Shown: one piece after another, positions 63,990-64,000 of the stretch
Position numbering within the stretch: position 1 is the first letter of the stretch
Layout: each line of letters begins with the position of its first letter
Program-made: the position numbers and the translations under genes
Origin: Octopus bimaculoides
Taxonomy: Eukaryota
Assembly (NCBI RefSeq): GCF_001194135.2
Contig: NC_068986.1
Span: 30,803,624-30,867,623, forward strand
DNA length: 64,000 bases
Reading direction: 5' to 3'
Notes under the pieces: model-generated
The model's input: the letters and a program-made list of their open reading frames with translations, nothing else
Told to the model about the DNA's origin: nothing
Database searches by the model: none

Positions 63990-64000
63990 GGTGTATCTAT

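Noticed and set aside
1-64000. CRISPR arrays, operons, rRNA genes or prokaryotic systems
   Set aside because: The window is eukaryotic intronic DNA; there are no regularly spaced repeat-spacer arrays, long ORFs or rRNA-like sequence.

Overview
AT-rich, microsatellite-dense animal genomic DNA with several N gaps. The repeat families (tRNA-derived SINEs, RTE LINE ends with (GAT)n tails) point to an octopus genome; this is inference. The only host gene I can support is a + strand LIM-and-SH3 protein gene (Lasp/LASP1 family). Two short internal exons are present, both missed by the ORF track: 36227-36321 (C-terminal part of the LIM domain) and 54011-54095 (end of LIM plus first nebulin repeat). 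Exon 1 and the later exons were not found, so the rest of the window appears intronic (intron 1 >36 kb, intron 2 17.7 kb). The introns hold at least four SINE families, RTE, CR1-like and R4/Dong-like LINE relics, and piggyBac-, hAT- and Tc1/mariner-like MITEs. The least explained structures are: (i) a direct-plus-inverted array of three hammerhead-ribozyme-like units at 58045-58364, with two more degenerate hammerhead-like motifs at 14208-14262 and 15853-15906; (ii) a recursive-splice-site-like motif in intron 1 (24317-24367) and an exon 2 start that recreates a donor site; (iii) apparent target preferences of some retroposons. All coordinates and translations were derived by hand; no database searches were run.
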